A stretch of DNA of 64,000 nt from the human T2T-CHM13v2.0 reference genome, Homo sapiens: the NCBI RefSeq assembly GCF_009914755.1, contig NC_060937.1, one strand, 5' to 3'. The notes beneath the pieces were generated by a model. It was not told the origin of the DNA. It was given only the letters and a program-made list of their open reading frames with translations, and made no database searches. The translations under genes and the position numbers were made by a program. Below are positions 15,050 through 27,770 of this stretch, one piece after another (position 1 is the first letter of the stretch; every line of letters begins with the position of its first letter).

Positions 15050-16138
15050 TGTTACCATACCTAATGGGTTCACTCACCCAGCACAGTAAAGCCAGGCACT
15101 GACTGGAAGATTTGCAGTGAGAACAAAGGTCACTTATTCCAGTGTACTGAGCAAGAAGAATGGACAGCTAAGGCTTAAGACCCAAACTCCCCAGTGTTTA
15201 CAAGCAAGAGATTTTAAAGGCAGGGATACATCTCAGGAAAGCCAAAGTTGTAGGCAAAGTATTAAACCAATACACAGGATACATAGGTTGAACATTGGTT
15301 TGGTCTATGGGTGTGACCCTCTTTAGGGCCCTTAGAAAGAAATGTAGAACAAAGAACTGCAATCAGAGTTGAGTAGTCAGTTCTCAGTTATCTGTGGTCT
15401 ATGATATGGCAGTCAGCATTTTCCATCTGGTGAAAGTTTCTGAAAAACAGCTCAAGAAAACATGTTAAGAAAAAATTTTTTATTGCTGTGTTTTGCTTGG
15501 GAGACTATTGTTATGTGAACTCCCAAAATCTTAAATTTGAGATCAGTCTCAGTTAATTTAGAAAGTTTATTTTGCCAAGGTTTAGGACGTGCATGTGCCA
15601 CAGCCTCAGGAAGTCCTGAGGACATGTGCCCAAGGTTGTTGGGCCACAGCTTAGTTTTTATACATTTTAGGGAGACATGAGACATCAATCAATATAGGTA
15701 GGAAGTACATTGGTTCAGTTTGGAAAGGCAAGGCAACTTGAAGCAAAGGCAGGAAGACTCCAAGCAGGGAGGGGGCTTCCAGGTCACAGATAGGTGAGAG
15801 ATGAAGCGTTGTGTTCCTTTGAGTTTCTGATTAGCCTTTCCAAAGGAAGCAATCAGATATGCATCTATTTCAGTGAACAGAGGGGTGACTGAGTACAATG
15901 GGAGGCAGGTTTGCCCTAAGCAGTTCCCAACTTGACTTTTTTGTTTAGCTCAGTGATTTGGGGGCCCCAAGATTTATTTTCTTTTCCCAGTTACTATCTT
16001 CATTCTTATCAGATTGCTCATTTACTTTTCAAGACTAGTTAGGGGCCTGAAATTTCCCTGGAAGGGACTCAAGATCTTTCCTTTATTCGATGACTGGGGG
16101 ACCTGGAAGCCCTTAATAGGAGTCTCTGCTCCATCTCA
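15050..16138 (-). mobile_element. Older ERV1 LTR (LOR1/MER34-group-like), interrupted by MER4A
   Basis: TG...CA ends with near-match TSD ATGC/AGGC; motif GCTTAAGACCCAAACTCCCC...TTTTAAAGGCA; subfamily uncertain. Confidence 0.6.
15514..15989 (-). mobile_element. MER4A-type solo LTR nested in older LTR
   Basis: GTCTCAGTTAATTTAGAAAGTTTATTTTGCCAAGG, ACAGCCTCAGGAAGTCCTGA, TATACATTTTAGGGAGACATGAGACATCAATC; perfect TSD GTTA (15510-15513 / 15990-15993). Confidence 0.88.
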
Positions 16139-16434
16139 AGGCCTGGTTTGCAGAGGGATAGGAGTGGACAAAAGAGAAGGAAGAGTTCCTCACACAGTAT
16201 TTACACCTTGTGCAAAAGCCCTACCCAGGGTACGAATGAGGTTGACATAGTTAAGAAAGGAAAGAGAACCAAGGATACTAAATTATAGTGAACAGAGGTG
16301 AGGTGGAGCAGTAGAGTGAGGTTATTTAAAATGCAGAAAGAAAAAAACAGTCTGTTTTATATACCCATGTATCTGTTCTTTTTATAATTTCTCCTTTCTT
16401 CCTGATGCTCCAAAATTATCATTTCCTGCCTGTT

Positions 16435-16800
16435 TGATATGGTTTGGTTCTGTCTCCACCCAAATCTTATCTTGAATTGTAGCTCCCATAATTCCCACAC
16501 GTCATGGGAAGGACCCAGTGGGAGACAACTGAATCATGGGAGTGGGTCTTTCCCATGCTGTTCTCCTGATAGTGAATAAATTTCATGAGATCTGATGGTT
16601 TTATAAATGGGAGTTCCCCTGCACACACACTCTGTTTCCTGCCACCATGTAAAACGTGACTTTGCTCCTCATTCGCCTTCCACCATGGTTGTGAAGCCTC
16701 CCCAGCCATGTGGAACTGTAAATCAATTAAACCTCTTTCCTTTGTAAATTACCCAGTCTCAGGTATGTCTTTATGAGCAGCATAAAAACAGACTAATACA
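16435..16800 (+). mobile_element. THE1 (MaLR) solo LTR
   Basis: TGATATGGTTTGG...CCCAAATCTTATCTTGAATTGTAGCTCCCATAATTCCCAC...CAGACTAATACA; near-match 5-bp TSD CTGTT/CTGCT. Confidence 0.92.
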
Positions 16801-17208
16801 CTGCTCAAACAACTTCCTTTAGCCACTCTATAAGAGTAGATCTGCTGGCAACAAAGTTTTAAAAATTTCCTTAAGTTGAGATATATTTATTTCCCCTTCA
16901 TTCCTGAAGGTTAAACTAATATAAAATTTGTGGTTGACAGGGCTGGTTTTTCCTGTTTGTTTGTTTGGTTTGTTTTCTTTTTATTCCAGCACTTGAAAAA
17001 TGTGGACTTCTTCTGGACTCCATGGTTTCAGATGAGAAATCTGCTGACATTACATTCTATATTCCTCTTTGAGTTGTTTCTCTCTGGCTGCTTTCAAGAT
17101 TTATTTCTTTGTCTTTCAAAATGTTCAGAAGTTTGACTATGTTATCTCTTGGTATAAATTTCTTTGCCTGTAATGCCTTTGAATTTCACTAAGTTTCTTG
17201 TAGCTGTA

Positions 17209-17212
<4 letters not shown>

Positions 17213-17250
<38 letters not shown>

Positions 17251-17253
17251 TGT
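17213..17253. repeat. (TG)n microsatellite
   Basis: About 20 TG units, one TA interruption. Confidence 0.95.
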
Positions 17254-20200
17254 TGTAACCAAACTTGAAAAGTTTCCAAGCCATTATTTCTTCCAGTATT
17301 CTTTTGTCTCACACTCTTTCCATGTTCTTCAGGAAGCTGATGAAACAAATGTTATATCTTTTGTTGTCCCACATGTTTGTGCAGTTTTGTTCATCTTTTT
17401 CCTGATCTATTTCCTTCCTTTTGTTCAGGTTGGGTAAATTCTGAACTGGGTATATTCGATCAAGTTCACTGATTCTATTCTCTGTCTTTTCTAATCTATT
17501 CCTGAGTTGATCCAGCAAATTTTAAAAATTTGGTTAATGTATCATTCAGTTCCATAATTTCCACTTGGCTCTAAAAATTAACTTCTATTTCTTTGCTGAG
17601 ATTCTCTATTTTTTCATTTATTTCAAGAAAATGTGCAATTGATTGTTGGATCATTTTATAATGGCATATAATTCCAAACATCTAATCTATCACAGTGTTC
17701 ATGACAGTTTATCTTTTCTTATTTAAAGGATAATTTTCTTTGTTCTTGGTATGACAGGAGATTTAATTGCATATGGCGCATTTTGTCTATTATGTTAGGA
17801 GACTCTACGTCCTATTTCTTTCCTTTTAGAAGGCAGTTATTCTGTTAGGTTTAGCATTTAGATCCTGGCTTACTTTTGTGGATTCTGGTTCAAATGGCAG
17901 TTTAGTTTTCCAGTCTTTGTGGTATTATTTTGTGTGGCTTGGTTTATCTGATGCCTTTAGGGCATCTATTGTTCCCTGTTTGCTCCCTGACAGAGCAGAA
18001 GGAGTTTTTCTGAGCTGGACTTCTGGGTGTTTCTCTGTTGGGGAAGAGAGTCTCAGGTCCTGGGAGATGAAGATATTTCTTTAGTCAGAGGCTTGCTGTG
18101 TGGAATTTTCATACAAATGGCCCACTGTTGCCCCAGGTGTCTAGACAGAGGAGAGGATTCTCAGACTCAAAGAAACAAGGGGACTCTCTGGCCCAGCCTA
18201 CCAGCTATGCCAGTTCCTCATACTCATGCCATTGACTCCCCATTAGAGGAGGGAGTATCAGGCCTAAGAAGACTCTCTCCAGGTATTTATTATAGGATTC
18301 CCTCTGCTTAGGAGGGATGAGAGCTAGGCTACTTGTTCCAACTGGTTCCTTCCCAGGCTTCATCCTGCTCACCCCAATATCACTAGTGAAGGGTGGGAAG
18401 GGAGGCTCAGGGGGCCACTGAGGCTTCTCAGCAAGGCTGTTGTTGTGGCCTCTCTTGGCAGTCCCATCTGCCTTGGTATTTGTTCCCGTACCATAGAGTC
18501 TCAGGCTTTGTAGTGAAGAAGAACGCTTCCCCTGGCCCCTTATAGTTACAAAGTTTCCCGATGTGTTTACAAACAAGTCTAGTGTTTTTGGAAGGGCTCC
18601 CATTCTCTCTGGGAAAAATAATGGACCTACATGGACTGCCTTCTATTTCAAAGTTGGGGTAGAGAAACACTGGCTCTGGTTAGCCTTCTTCTGGTGGATG
18701 AATGTATATGTATATAATACCTCCAGTCACTCCGTCGTTCCTCTAGTTTTGGGATGCAAAACCAGTTAATCCTCTTCCTATTAGCATTCCAACTTTTTTC
18801 TTTTCTTTCTTTCTTTTCTTTTTTTTTTTTTTTTTTTGGCTTGCCTGTAGTATTATTTCAAAGGTTTATAATTGTAGTTAGTTGGAAGAAAGGGCAAGTA
18901 AAAAAACAGAGGGCAAGTACCATCTTCTCTCTACTGAAAATTCCAACAAGGTTATTTACTATTTCTTGCTAGCAATATGAATCATAAATTGATTCATAAA
19001 CATTCATAAAATTGATAAACATTTTACTCTCAAACTATGCCTGCCTGGACTATTTCAAGTTTTCATGTGGTCGCTTCTTTATCTATAAGAGTACAATGAA
19101 AGAATATAAACATTTTTTTCATATAGGTAAGAAAATTAATGACAGTATCAACAAGGTACTTTTAGCATTTGGAAGAGACTCATTTAAACTATGGTTCAAA
19201 CCACATGAATACAGATGCTATTCAAATGTATTCACGATCTAAGGCATCTAAATCTGTTTGAAAATTTTTTTACATTAAATGAGTTAAGTAATTAGAGAAA
19301 TACTTTAGAGCCTAACATGTGCTGGTCTCTAGTCTATAATAGAGATAAAACAATGAATTAAACAAATAAAACTCTTTCCCTCATTGAGGGTGTATTTTTG
19401 ATAGAGGTACAGTTTTCAATCTCTGTTCATATTAATACAATTTTTGAACCTTCAGTCACATTTTAAAGTTATTTTAAACCAATAGAGCAAACTAGTCAAG
19501 TTTATATAAAAAATTTATTTAGATTATTTCATATTTTTTATGTTAGCTGCCTATTTATCAATCTCTAATTTAAAATTCTATTGTATACACACACAGATCT
19601 TAACTTTATCTTGAATAAACTTATTTTAAGTTTCCTGGTGGGATTACTCAACCAAAGGCATTTTAGGATGATTTCCTACTAAATTTGAAAATAATGAACT
19701 AGTCACTTGAGGTATCGTTGGTGCCACATTTATGCTTAAATAAGTAGAAGAGACAATTTTGCAGAATTTTTTTCATAGATATTCCAAATTCTTCTGTACT
19801 TTATCTTCAGATAAAATTGTTTGTGTTTTTCATTGGTAATAAAGCATATGTGAGTCTTCCTTATAAATAATATAATTTATAGAGGATGTATAAGCAATTA
19901 ATAGTAGTTGAATTATCAAGACAAACTTAATTTTGCCCTTGGGCACTAAACGTTATTAGCAAAGATGCAAATGTGACATTTTTAAATTAAAAAAAAGTTC
20001 TAAGGAATTTGATTTTGTATTGGCACATCTACTTGCTGCCTCATAGGTTATGACACGCTCTAGCTACCGCCTTCTACACCATAATTTAACACTGGGAACT
20101 CACTCTTTCCTAATGACACCATCCTTTGAGCAATACACTAATAGATCATGGGCCGATGATGTTCATTAATGATGAATCACACTAATATATCATTTTCTCT

Positions 20201-21399
20201 GTCACACAGGTGTTTTATCAGATTAATTTCATCGGTGCAATGACCTGTGATGATGATGCATTGCTTAAGGATAGTGCAATTTAGAAAGAAATGAAATTTG
20301 GAATTAAACCTGTATTCAGCAGCTTTGAGGCCGTGTTGGAAAACTTGATAGAAACAATAGATGTGAATGAAATATGCATTCAAATGTTGAGCAGATATTC
20401 TAGTACTTATAATGCACAGAGCAAAGCCACTCATATATTTTGCCTTATAAATTTTAAAAATAAAAAACAACACATTAAAATTCTAATACCATATTTTCTA
20501 ACTTCTTGACTGGTAGTTTCTATTTGAGTATGAAACCATCAAACTCATATCAAATAGCTTTTGTGTACTATTAAAATACTATGGCTTTCTCTTTTTCTAT
20601 ACTTAAGCAAAATTACTAAAGTCAGAAATTTATTTATTTTATTTTCCTCAATTGGGACATTTAGCAAAGTATGTACATTGTGCTTTACATATTAAATAAA
20701 TAACAAAATATTCTACATAATAGATTTAGGTCAATGTGAAGAGGCCTTTGAAAATTCATTATAAATATCTAGTTTAAAAAATATATTCAAATGGTATTTT
20801 CTTTTCTTACTCTTTTCTATTCTACATGAATAAAAGTTTAAAAAATCATCAAGAGAGAATTTTAATTAGACATCTCATGGTGATAATGAAAAAAGTGTTA
20901 ACTATATTCTTAATATTACATTTTTATTTTCAATTATAAAATTGAATCTCAATTAGTATCCTATTAAATTACTTTTATATGATTATTACCTACATGGTAT
21001 TGAAGACATTTTTAGGATCTATTTAATCATGTATTTTAAAATTTTCTTTTACAGAACAACTGTTTTTCTTTTCTTCCAATTAAACTCTAGTACTCAAAGT
21101 ATCATTTAAATGTATCTTTGTACATTACCATTCCTGAATTCAATTTTAACCCTTCAGTATTTGTCATAATGATCCAACTGATGTAGATTTATGCCTGATA
21201 TCCATGACTTCTCTAACATCAGTTTACAAGAAAAGCCATCCATTTGTCCTATGCCTATTTAACATAAAAGATCCCTGCATAGTTAAATTATGAAAATGGA
21301 AAGGGAAAAAAGAAAACAATAACATTGATGATGTGTTAAGCCATCTGGTTGCGTTCTTAATTCATTTATTTCTTAATTAAAGAAATTGTTTGGGCTCCC

Positions 21400-22870
21400 T
21401 ACAATGGGGTCAATATTCTTAAGAGGAAAGGGGACATCCCTGGCAGTAATAGTCTTCCCATCTGTATGTTCCTTCATTTGCTGTATCCTATAACTCGCTT
21501 TCAGATCACGTACCCACAGTACATTTTCACAACAATACTTTTGTTAACCAAATGGTTGCAAATGTTTGATCAATTGGCATGGTAGATCATACAATGATTC
21601 AGAGTAAGGGGTTCATTTTGCTGCAAAGAAGATGTGACTATGACCACATGATCATGGTTTCCACTGATCCTACCACAGTTCCCACACATCTGAAGGAACT
21701 AGCATAATATAATAGTGAAACAGCCTTTTAAAGGCTCAAATGAGACACCAGCTTAGGAATATCAATTTATGGATGTGTGGTATTTTGTCAATTGCTCATA
21801 AATGGTGATGGGTCCCTAAGGGCTAGAATACAAGAGTCTTAGAAATGGTATGTTCATTTGCATTACTGTAAAGGAATACTGCGACTGGGAAATTTATAAA
21901 GAAAAGAGGTCTATTTTGGTTCATGGTTCTGCAGGTTGTACAAGCATGGTACCAATATCTGCCTGGCTTCTGGTGAGGCATCAGGAATCTTACAACCATG
22001 GCAGGAGGTGAAGGAGGAAGCAGACATATCACATAATGACAAAAGGAGCAAGAGACAGAGGGGGAAGTTCCAGGCTTTTTTAAACAACCAGATCTTAGGT
22101 AAACTCAAAGAGGGAGAATCCACTCATTACCATGAGAACAGCACCAAGCCATTCATGAGGGATCTGCCCCCATGATACAAACACCTCCCAGCAGTTCCCA
22201 CCTCCAGCATCGGGGATTACATTTCAACATGAGATTTGGAGGGGAAAAATATTCAAACTCTATCAACTGGATTATGGAAACATTATTGGCCCCTCTCACA
22301 ATAACTTTTAATAACTAACTTAGGAAATGCTTTCTTCCCGCATTACATTAGGCTCTGCTAATTAGATAAAGGTCCTTGCTACTACTGGCAAGGACCAGTA
22401 AGAGTTCCACAGAAATTGAAGTTACATTATACTTGGCCACTTTGTGTTTCTCCTTCCAGTTAACTATTAGATAAAAAAAAGAGTTGCTACATAGAGGAAG
22501 ATAATGGCCATTTACCAGAGGATCCATAAACTATATTGTTTGGGAGGGTAACAGCGAATGGGCAGTTGCAACAACCACAGAAAGACAAGGACAAGGCAAA
22601 CAAAAGTCCATAAATTTTGGGGGAGAAGATCTAGGTCAACTCACCTAGTAAGCAACCTAGATCAGCCAAAATACAAGCCAAGAATGAAGAAAATCTATTA
22701 TGAGTGATGAAAGAAGAGGACGATGACTATTAATTACATCCTTGGGGTTGTTTGCGGCTGCTGGAGAAGAAATTGTTGTTTTTTCCTATTAGTTGACTTG
22801 TATTATGCCCTTTAACAGATTGAGCTACAACCAAGAAGAGGCTCCATTGCTGACTGGCTTTAATGTAAGT
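21400..22870 (+). mobile_element. Decayed ERVL-class internal sequence (integrase and dUTPase remnants; HERV16/ERV3-16-like), interrupted by MST
   Basis: About 21598-21745 translates with stops as SE*GVHFAAKK..HDHGFH*SYH....NSLLKAQ, matching ERVL integrase SDQGTHFTAKEV..HGIHWSYH..WNGLLK. Confidence 0.7.
21849..22265 (-). mobile_element. MST (MaLR) solo LTR
   Basis: ATTTATAAAGAAAAGAGG, GGTTCTGCAGGTTGTACAAGCATGG, CCATTCATGAGGGATCTGCCCCCATGA, TTTCAACATGAGATTTGGAGGGG; near-match TSD AATGG/ACTGG. Confidence 0.88.
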
Positions 22871-22877
22871 ATCTGAG

Positions 22878-23440
22878 TGGTGGACTAGATGACTTCATTG
22901 GACAGCTTTTGTCACTACTGTAAAGTCTGAGGGCCTTTTCTTGCCCCAGGCATTGATGAAGCCACAATTTCCAAGTAGTCTCCCGAAAAGTTTTGCAGAT
23001 AAAATAGTTTCTCAACCTGAGATTCCTCCTGCCTTTTGCTTTAAGCCCTATAAATTCTCACTTCTCTGATGTATCTGTGTGGAATGTCTGTGGGAATCCA
23101 CTTAGCACCTGTACATATGCAATCTTAGAGGTTAGGGGCTTAAAATGTGTAGGGTTTTCATTAACCGATAACGGAATAAAGGTAGAAGATAAAATATTTC
23201 CCCTCATGTCCTCACCTGGGATAATTATGAAGTGAATTTCAAAGATCCTAAAAAGGTCAAGCCTCTGTCACCCATTGCAATGGACAATAATAAGATATTT
23301 CTAAATGGTTTGTTTCTCTTTCCCAGTTCCTATCATCCAAATCCTCCTTGCAGCTCCCTGGGACTATGTACTAAATTATTTACTAAACTGGGGGCCTTTG
23401 TCTCAGGTTCTCCTGCAGGGGGTAATCCAGGATGAGAACA
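22878..23440 (+). mobile_element. LTR16-family LTR (probable 3' LTR of the ERVL remnant)
   Basis: GGGAATCCACTTAGCACC...CATATGCAA and 3' end TTTGTCTCAGGTTCTCCTGCAGGGGGTAATCCAGGATGAGAACA resemble LTR16; directly follows ERVL internal sequence. Confidence 0.6.
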
Positions 23441-23629
23441 TTATGAACAAGGTAATTCACTACTTTCTCCTTTGAAGAATATTCGGTTAGATGGTGTAAA
23501 TAGGTTAAGGGTTTTTAACTGAATGATGGAAACACAAAGTCAGGGAGAAGATGTTTCCGCACTCACCTTAAATTTTTAACACAAACTAGGAGCAACTCAA
23601 ATACAATACAATGTAACAAAACAAAACTA

Positions 23630-24255
23630 GGAATGAAGTGTTGGTTTAATATTAAATATCTTTTAAAACACTATTAAGTTACTGAATTTTTAAAAAGTCA
23701 TTTAATTATCATGCCAGAAAGACATTTGGTAATATTCAGTATAATTCTTTATAAAGTATATTCCAGAGGTATAAAAGATTAAACCAAAAGCGTATCAAGA
23801 ATGTACTAAGAAAGAATGTTTTTAATTGGGCATAAGCCTAGAAATGTTTTTCTAAGAGTGACCCAATTCAAGATGAAAAGCAACATAAATATTGATAAAT
23901 TCAACTACATTTTAAAAATTACACATGAAAAAGGATACCGTGTACAAATAAAAAAAGACAATAATAATGTAGTGTATCTTATGACAAGATGCTAATTTGT
24001 ATATGTGCACGTATATATACAAGTGTGCATATATATATATATACACACACACACACATGCAGTATAAATCAATTAAGACTAGAATAAAAATCCCTAGGAG
24101 AAATAGGCAATGAACAAGAATTAAATGGTTAAAGAAAAGAATATAGAAAATTAAAAAAATGGTTCAGATGAAAATACATGCACATTCTTACTAATTATAA
24201 GTTATATAAAAAAGAAAAGAACAATGAAATGCCATTTTGAAATATTAGGTTGGTC
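23630..24255 (+). mobile_element. Decayed L1M(E) ORF2 fragments with (TA)n(CA)n tract at about 24030-24057
   Basis: ATTGATAAATTCAACTACAT, AACAATGAAATGCCATTTT L1 ORF2-like motifs. Confidence 0.5.
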
Positions 24256-24269
24256 CCAGTGTTAGAGTA

Positions 24270-24790
24270 CTATGGTATAATAAAAAATAAATCTGGTCTT
24301 TAACCCCATTCCTTGGCTCAGAAAGTCAAAAAAAAATTGGGAATTTCCTGAATGATTGAAGTTTATTTGTTAGGCTAATGAGGTGACTCATAGTGGACCC
24401 CTAAATAGTTTCAGAATAGGGACTGGTCTCCAGAAAGACAGCCTGTGATTAGAGGATTGAAACTTTCAGCTGCCTGACCTCAAGGTAGAGAAAGTGGTGT
24501 GCAGATGGAGTTCAATCACATGGACAGTGATTTAATCATTCATGCCTACGTAATAAAAGTCCATTAAAAATTATGGACCCAGAGCTCAGTGTAGCTTCCT
24601 GGTTTGTGAACACATTGATGGCTTGTGAACACTCCAACTCCAAGGGAGACAACACGGAAGCTCTGCAATATGGACCTTTTTAGCCCTTGCCTACGTGTAT
24701 CTTTTACAATAAAACTGTAAAGTATTTCTAAGTATAGGGCTTTCCTGGGCTCTCTGAGTTGTTCTAGCAAATTATTGAAATTTCTGGATT
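24270..24790 (+). mobile_element. MER21C LTR, 5' portion
   Basis: TGGGAATTTCCTGAATGAT, GCTAATGAGGTGACTCAT, CATGCCTACGTAATAAAA, GAGTTGTTCTAGCAAATTATTGAA. Confidence 0.8.
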
Positions 24791-26509
24791 TATGGCCACT
24801 CAGGACTCCATATTTTTATTTAACATTTTTAATAATAATTTTTCTGTGATACTTAACTAAATTCATTGCATTTAATTGGCTAAAATATCATACACTTATA
24901 TTTAAATTTTATTCTATCTGTCATACAAAAGAAATTACACATATTATTTACTTTTTAAATATCTGTGACTTATACTTTGAGTTACTGTGCATATTTTTAT
25001 ATCATTTATATAGCCTGCAAGAATAATACCTATGGGAATAATTGTTAACTGTCAGATCATGGTGTATTGCTAATCATATTCCATCAGTGACACGTGTTTT
25101 ACATTGTTAAGACATCCTGCCTGAAAAACAAAACTCTAAAATGGAATGTAAAAAGCCCATTCTTTTAGGTGATTTGAATTATTCATGAACACAGTACCTT
25201 GTCGGCACTTAGAAAGTAATCAAAATATAAATGATGCATGTGCATGTCACGTCCAAACTCCATACTGGGTGTTTCTAGGTTAAACACAAGTGTCACTATC
25301 TTTTAAAATAGCAAAGTAAACTTGCAACCATGTAAAATAGTTCTGTCAAATCCAATTAATTAAAATATTTTTTAGATTTAAATCCATCTATCATCTTAAC
25401 TATGAACTATTCCCAGTGTCTCCACTAAAATGCAAATACGTTACCTAGTACTTAGTGAACTATTTAATATTCTTGTTTTATATCCTTTTTTAAAAAGTTT
25501 ACAACACTTACAAAATAAAACTCGTGTCATTTAGAGGAAGAAAAATTGAGATACCTAAGCTGATTTCGTGAAATACCAAGGTATTGTAAACTGTAAACAT
25601 ATATGACTTCTTAAGTCATCCAGACATGAGTACCATAAAAAGCAATTATTGAGCTATCCGATGACTTAAATATCTGTGTAGGATAAATATAAGTTTTGAT
25701 GTGCTGTCTTTTTATTTCTTTGGGGAGCTCTCATGAGGTTTTCTTCAATTTCACTTTATAACAATTGATTATCCAAAAGAAAATGCTATTCTATTTTACT
25801 ATGTCTAGGAAATTTAAACAAAGAAACCCAACATTTAGATTGTAAAATATGAAGGCATAATTTCATATTAATTTATTCTATAAGTAATACATAGGATATG
25901 CTATATAGGTATAATGTATAGTAAAATTAGTAACTATATTTTATGAATATATGAACCTAAACTTTACATCCTCATTCTGGTATTAATTTTGGAACTAGAT
26001 AGGGGTCTGTAATAGAAAATGTGATATGCACATATTCCAGTACATGGATATATATGTGTGTGTAATATGTATATGTGCAGATAGATAGAGAGATACAGAG
26101 ATAGAATTGAGCTAAATGTTATATAGGAAAGAGAAGAATTCTGTGGCAAAATGGTTGTCATTAGGTAGTTTAGGACACATGCAGAGAACTGATTATCATC
26201 CTGGGAGGAAAAAAAAAGAAATACTGTAACAAGGAAAGTGATAATTGATGCTAAGATAACTGAAATAGGAGTTCATTATTTATTTACCTATTAATTGAAT
26301 GTCTTTTATTAGCATTTCTTATATGCCAAATATACTGCTAGACAACTGGGTATGTCATGAAGAAGACAGAGAAAATCTCTGACCTTATAAAGATACTTCA
26401 TGGCTAATGTTGTACTGGGTTACATAATAAATAGGTTGAATACAAGACACATGCATTAAACATAAGTACACAGGAATGTGAAAAGTATAATGCTAGAAAA
26501 AAGCAATAA

Positions 26510-27020
26510 ATAAATAAATCTAAATTTGTATGTAGCCAATGTGACACTTTTACAATATTAATATATCAGGCAAAAAGAGCAATAACTGAAATATAGAGAA
26601 ATACACAATCATTGTGAGATGTTTTTAGCACTATTCTAAAAACTGATAGAATAAGCAGACATAAAATTATTAGACATAGATGAGTTGAATAACATGATTA
26701 GCAAACTGTACCCTAATTGACACGTATAGAGCAATCCATCCAACAATTGGGGAATACATATTTTTTCAAGTACACATGAACTGTTACCAAAATTGACCAT
26801 ACACTGAGTCATAAAACAGCATTTCAACACCTTTCTAAGGATTTATATTATGTAGAGTTAGATCTCTAATTACAGTGAACCTAAGTAGGAAATTTATTAC
26901 AAAACATATAATGAGAAATGTTTGAAAATTAGGTAAAATGTTTCTAATCTAACGATGGTTTAAAAAACAAATTTGAATGGAAATTATTTTAAGTTTAGCG
27001 ATACTACAAACTTATTAATG
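26510..27020 (+). mobile_element. Old L1M ORF2 endonuclease-region remnant
   Basis: CTAATTGACACGTATAGAGCAATCCATCCAACAA...GAATACATATTTTTTCAAGTACACATG...AAAATTGACCATACACTGAGTCATAAAACA. Confidence 0.75.
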
Positions 27021-27079
27021 ATGAAATTATTAACAATAAAATACAACATGGAGTCAGCTGTGCCGGAATTCACCATTTT

Positions 27080-27770
27080 TACCATGCTCTCTCATTCCTC
27101 AACTGATAGCCCAGTTATGTACAGTTTCCCTCTTTTTGAGTCTCTTTCATCTGCTCCATTGTTTCCAAGGTCACTACCAACAAATCAGCTCAAGCTCTAA
27201 TTATTTCTGGCATAGAAGATTTCAACTATTACTCAAAAGAATTTTTCCTTACGCTTATCTATCCTTAAAATCACTGCCAATAAAACCTTTCTAAAGCTGT
27301 GTTTGCATGTGGCTTTTCCATTTGCCTATACAAGTCCATTTAAACTGCTCTTGATTGATGTGTAACAAAGGTGTCAAACATACTGTGCAAGTATTCTGTG
27401 TTTATTTCTTTCAAATGTTTTGACTTATCCCAATACCCAATTGCCACTGTTTTCTTCCCAGCATTCTTCCTGGCCTCCTCTGAATGCCTCCTCTTCTCTC
27501 TGTTAACATCCTATCTGTATCATAGTTCTATTTCATATGTTACTTTCTCAAGAAACCCTGATTATTCACCTGAAAACATCTGTGATCTACCAATTTTTTG
27601 ACCTCCTTCTACAGAGTGTATTTTATACTTCTCTGACAACACTTGTATGCTACCACAAAGTGAATTGATCATTCCTCTCATATATTTACTTCACTGTTCT
27701 TTGACATGAATAAATGATGTCTTACTTATCTTTGTGTCAATATAGTATAATACATAAGAAATAGATGAAA
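27080..27770 (+). mobile_element. Decayed L2 LINE 3' region
   Basis: Pyrimidine-rich L2-like sequence ending TCTTACTTATCTTTGTGTC...TACATAAGAAATAG. Confidence 0.45.

Larger units (their letters stand above)
16340..18930 (-). mobile_element. Ancient L1M 5' region (5' UTR and ORF1 remnant), interrupted by THE1
   Basis: Minus ORF 17309-17518 (LRNRLEKTENRISEL...MWDNKRYNICFI) resembles the L1 ORF1p coiled-coil/RRM start; TCTGCTGGCAACAAA...ATTTCCCCTTCATTCCTGAAGG ORF1 end. Confidence 0.75.

Noticed and set aside
20291-20509. 72-aa ATG ORF in unique sequence as a coding exon
   Set aside because: No family recognised and no convincing splice donor; PhyloCSF would be needed to revive it
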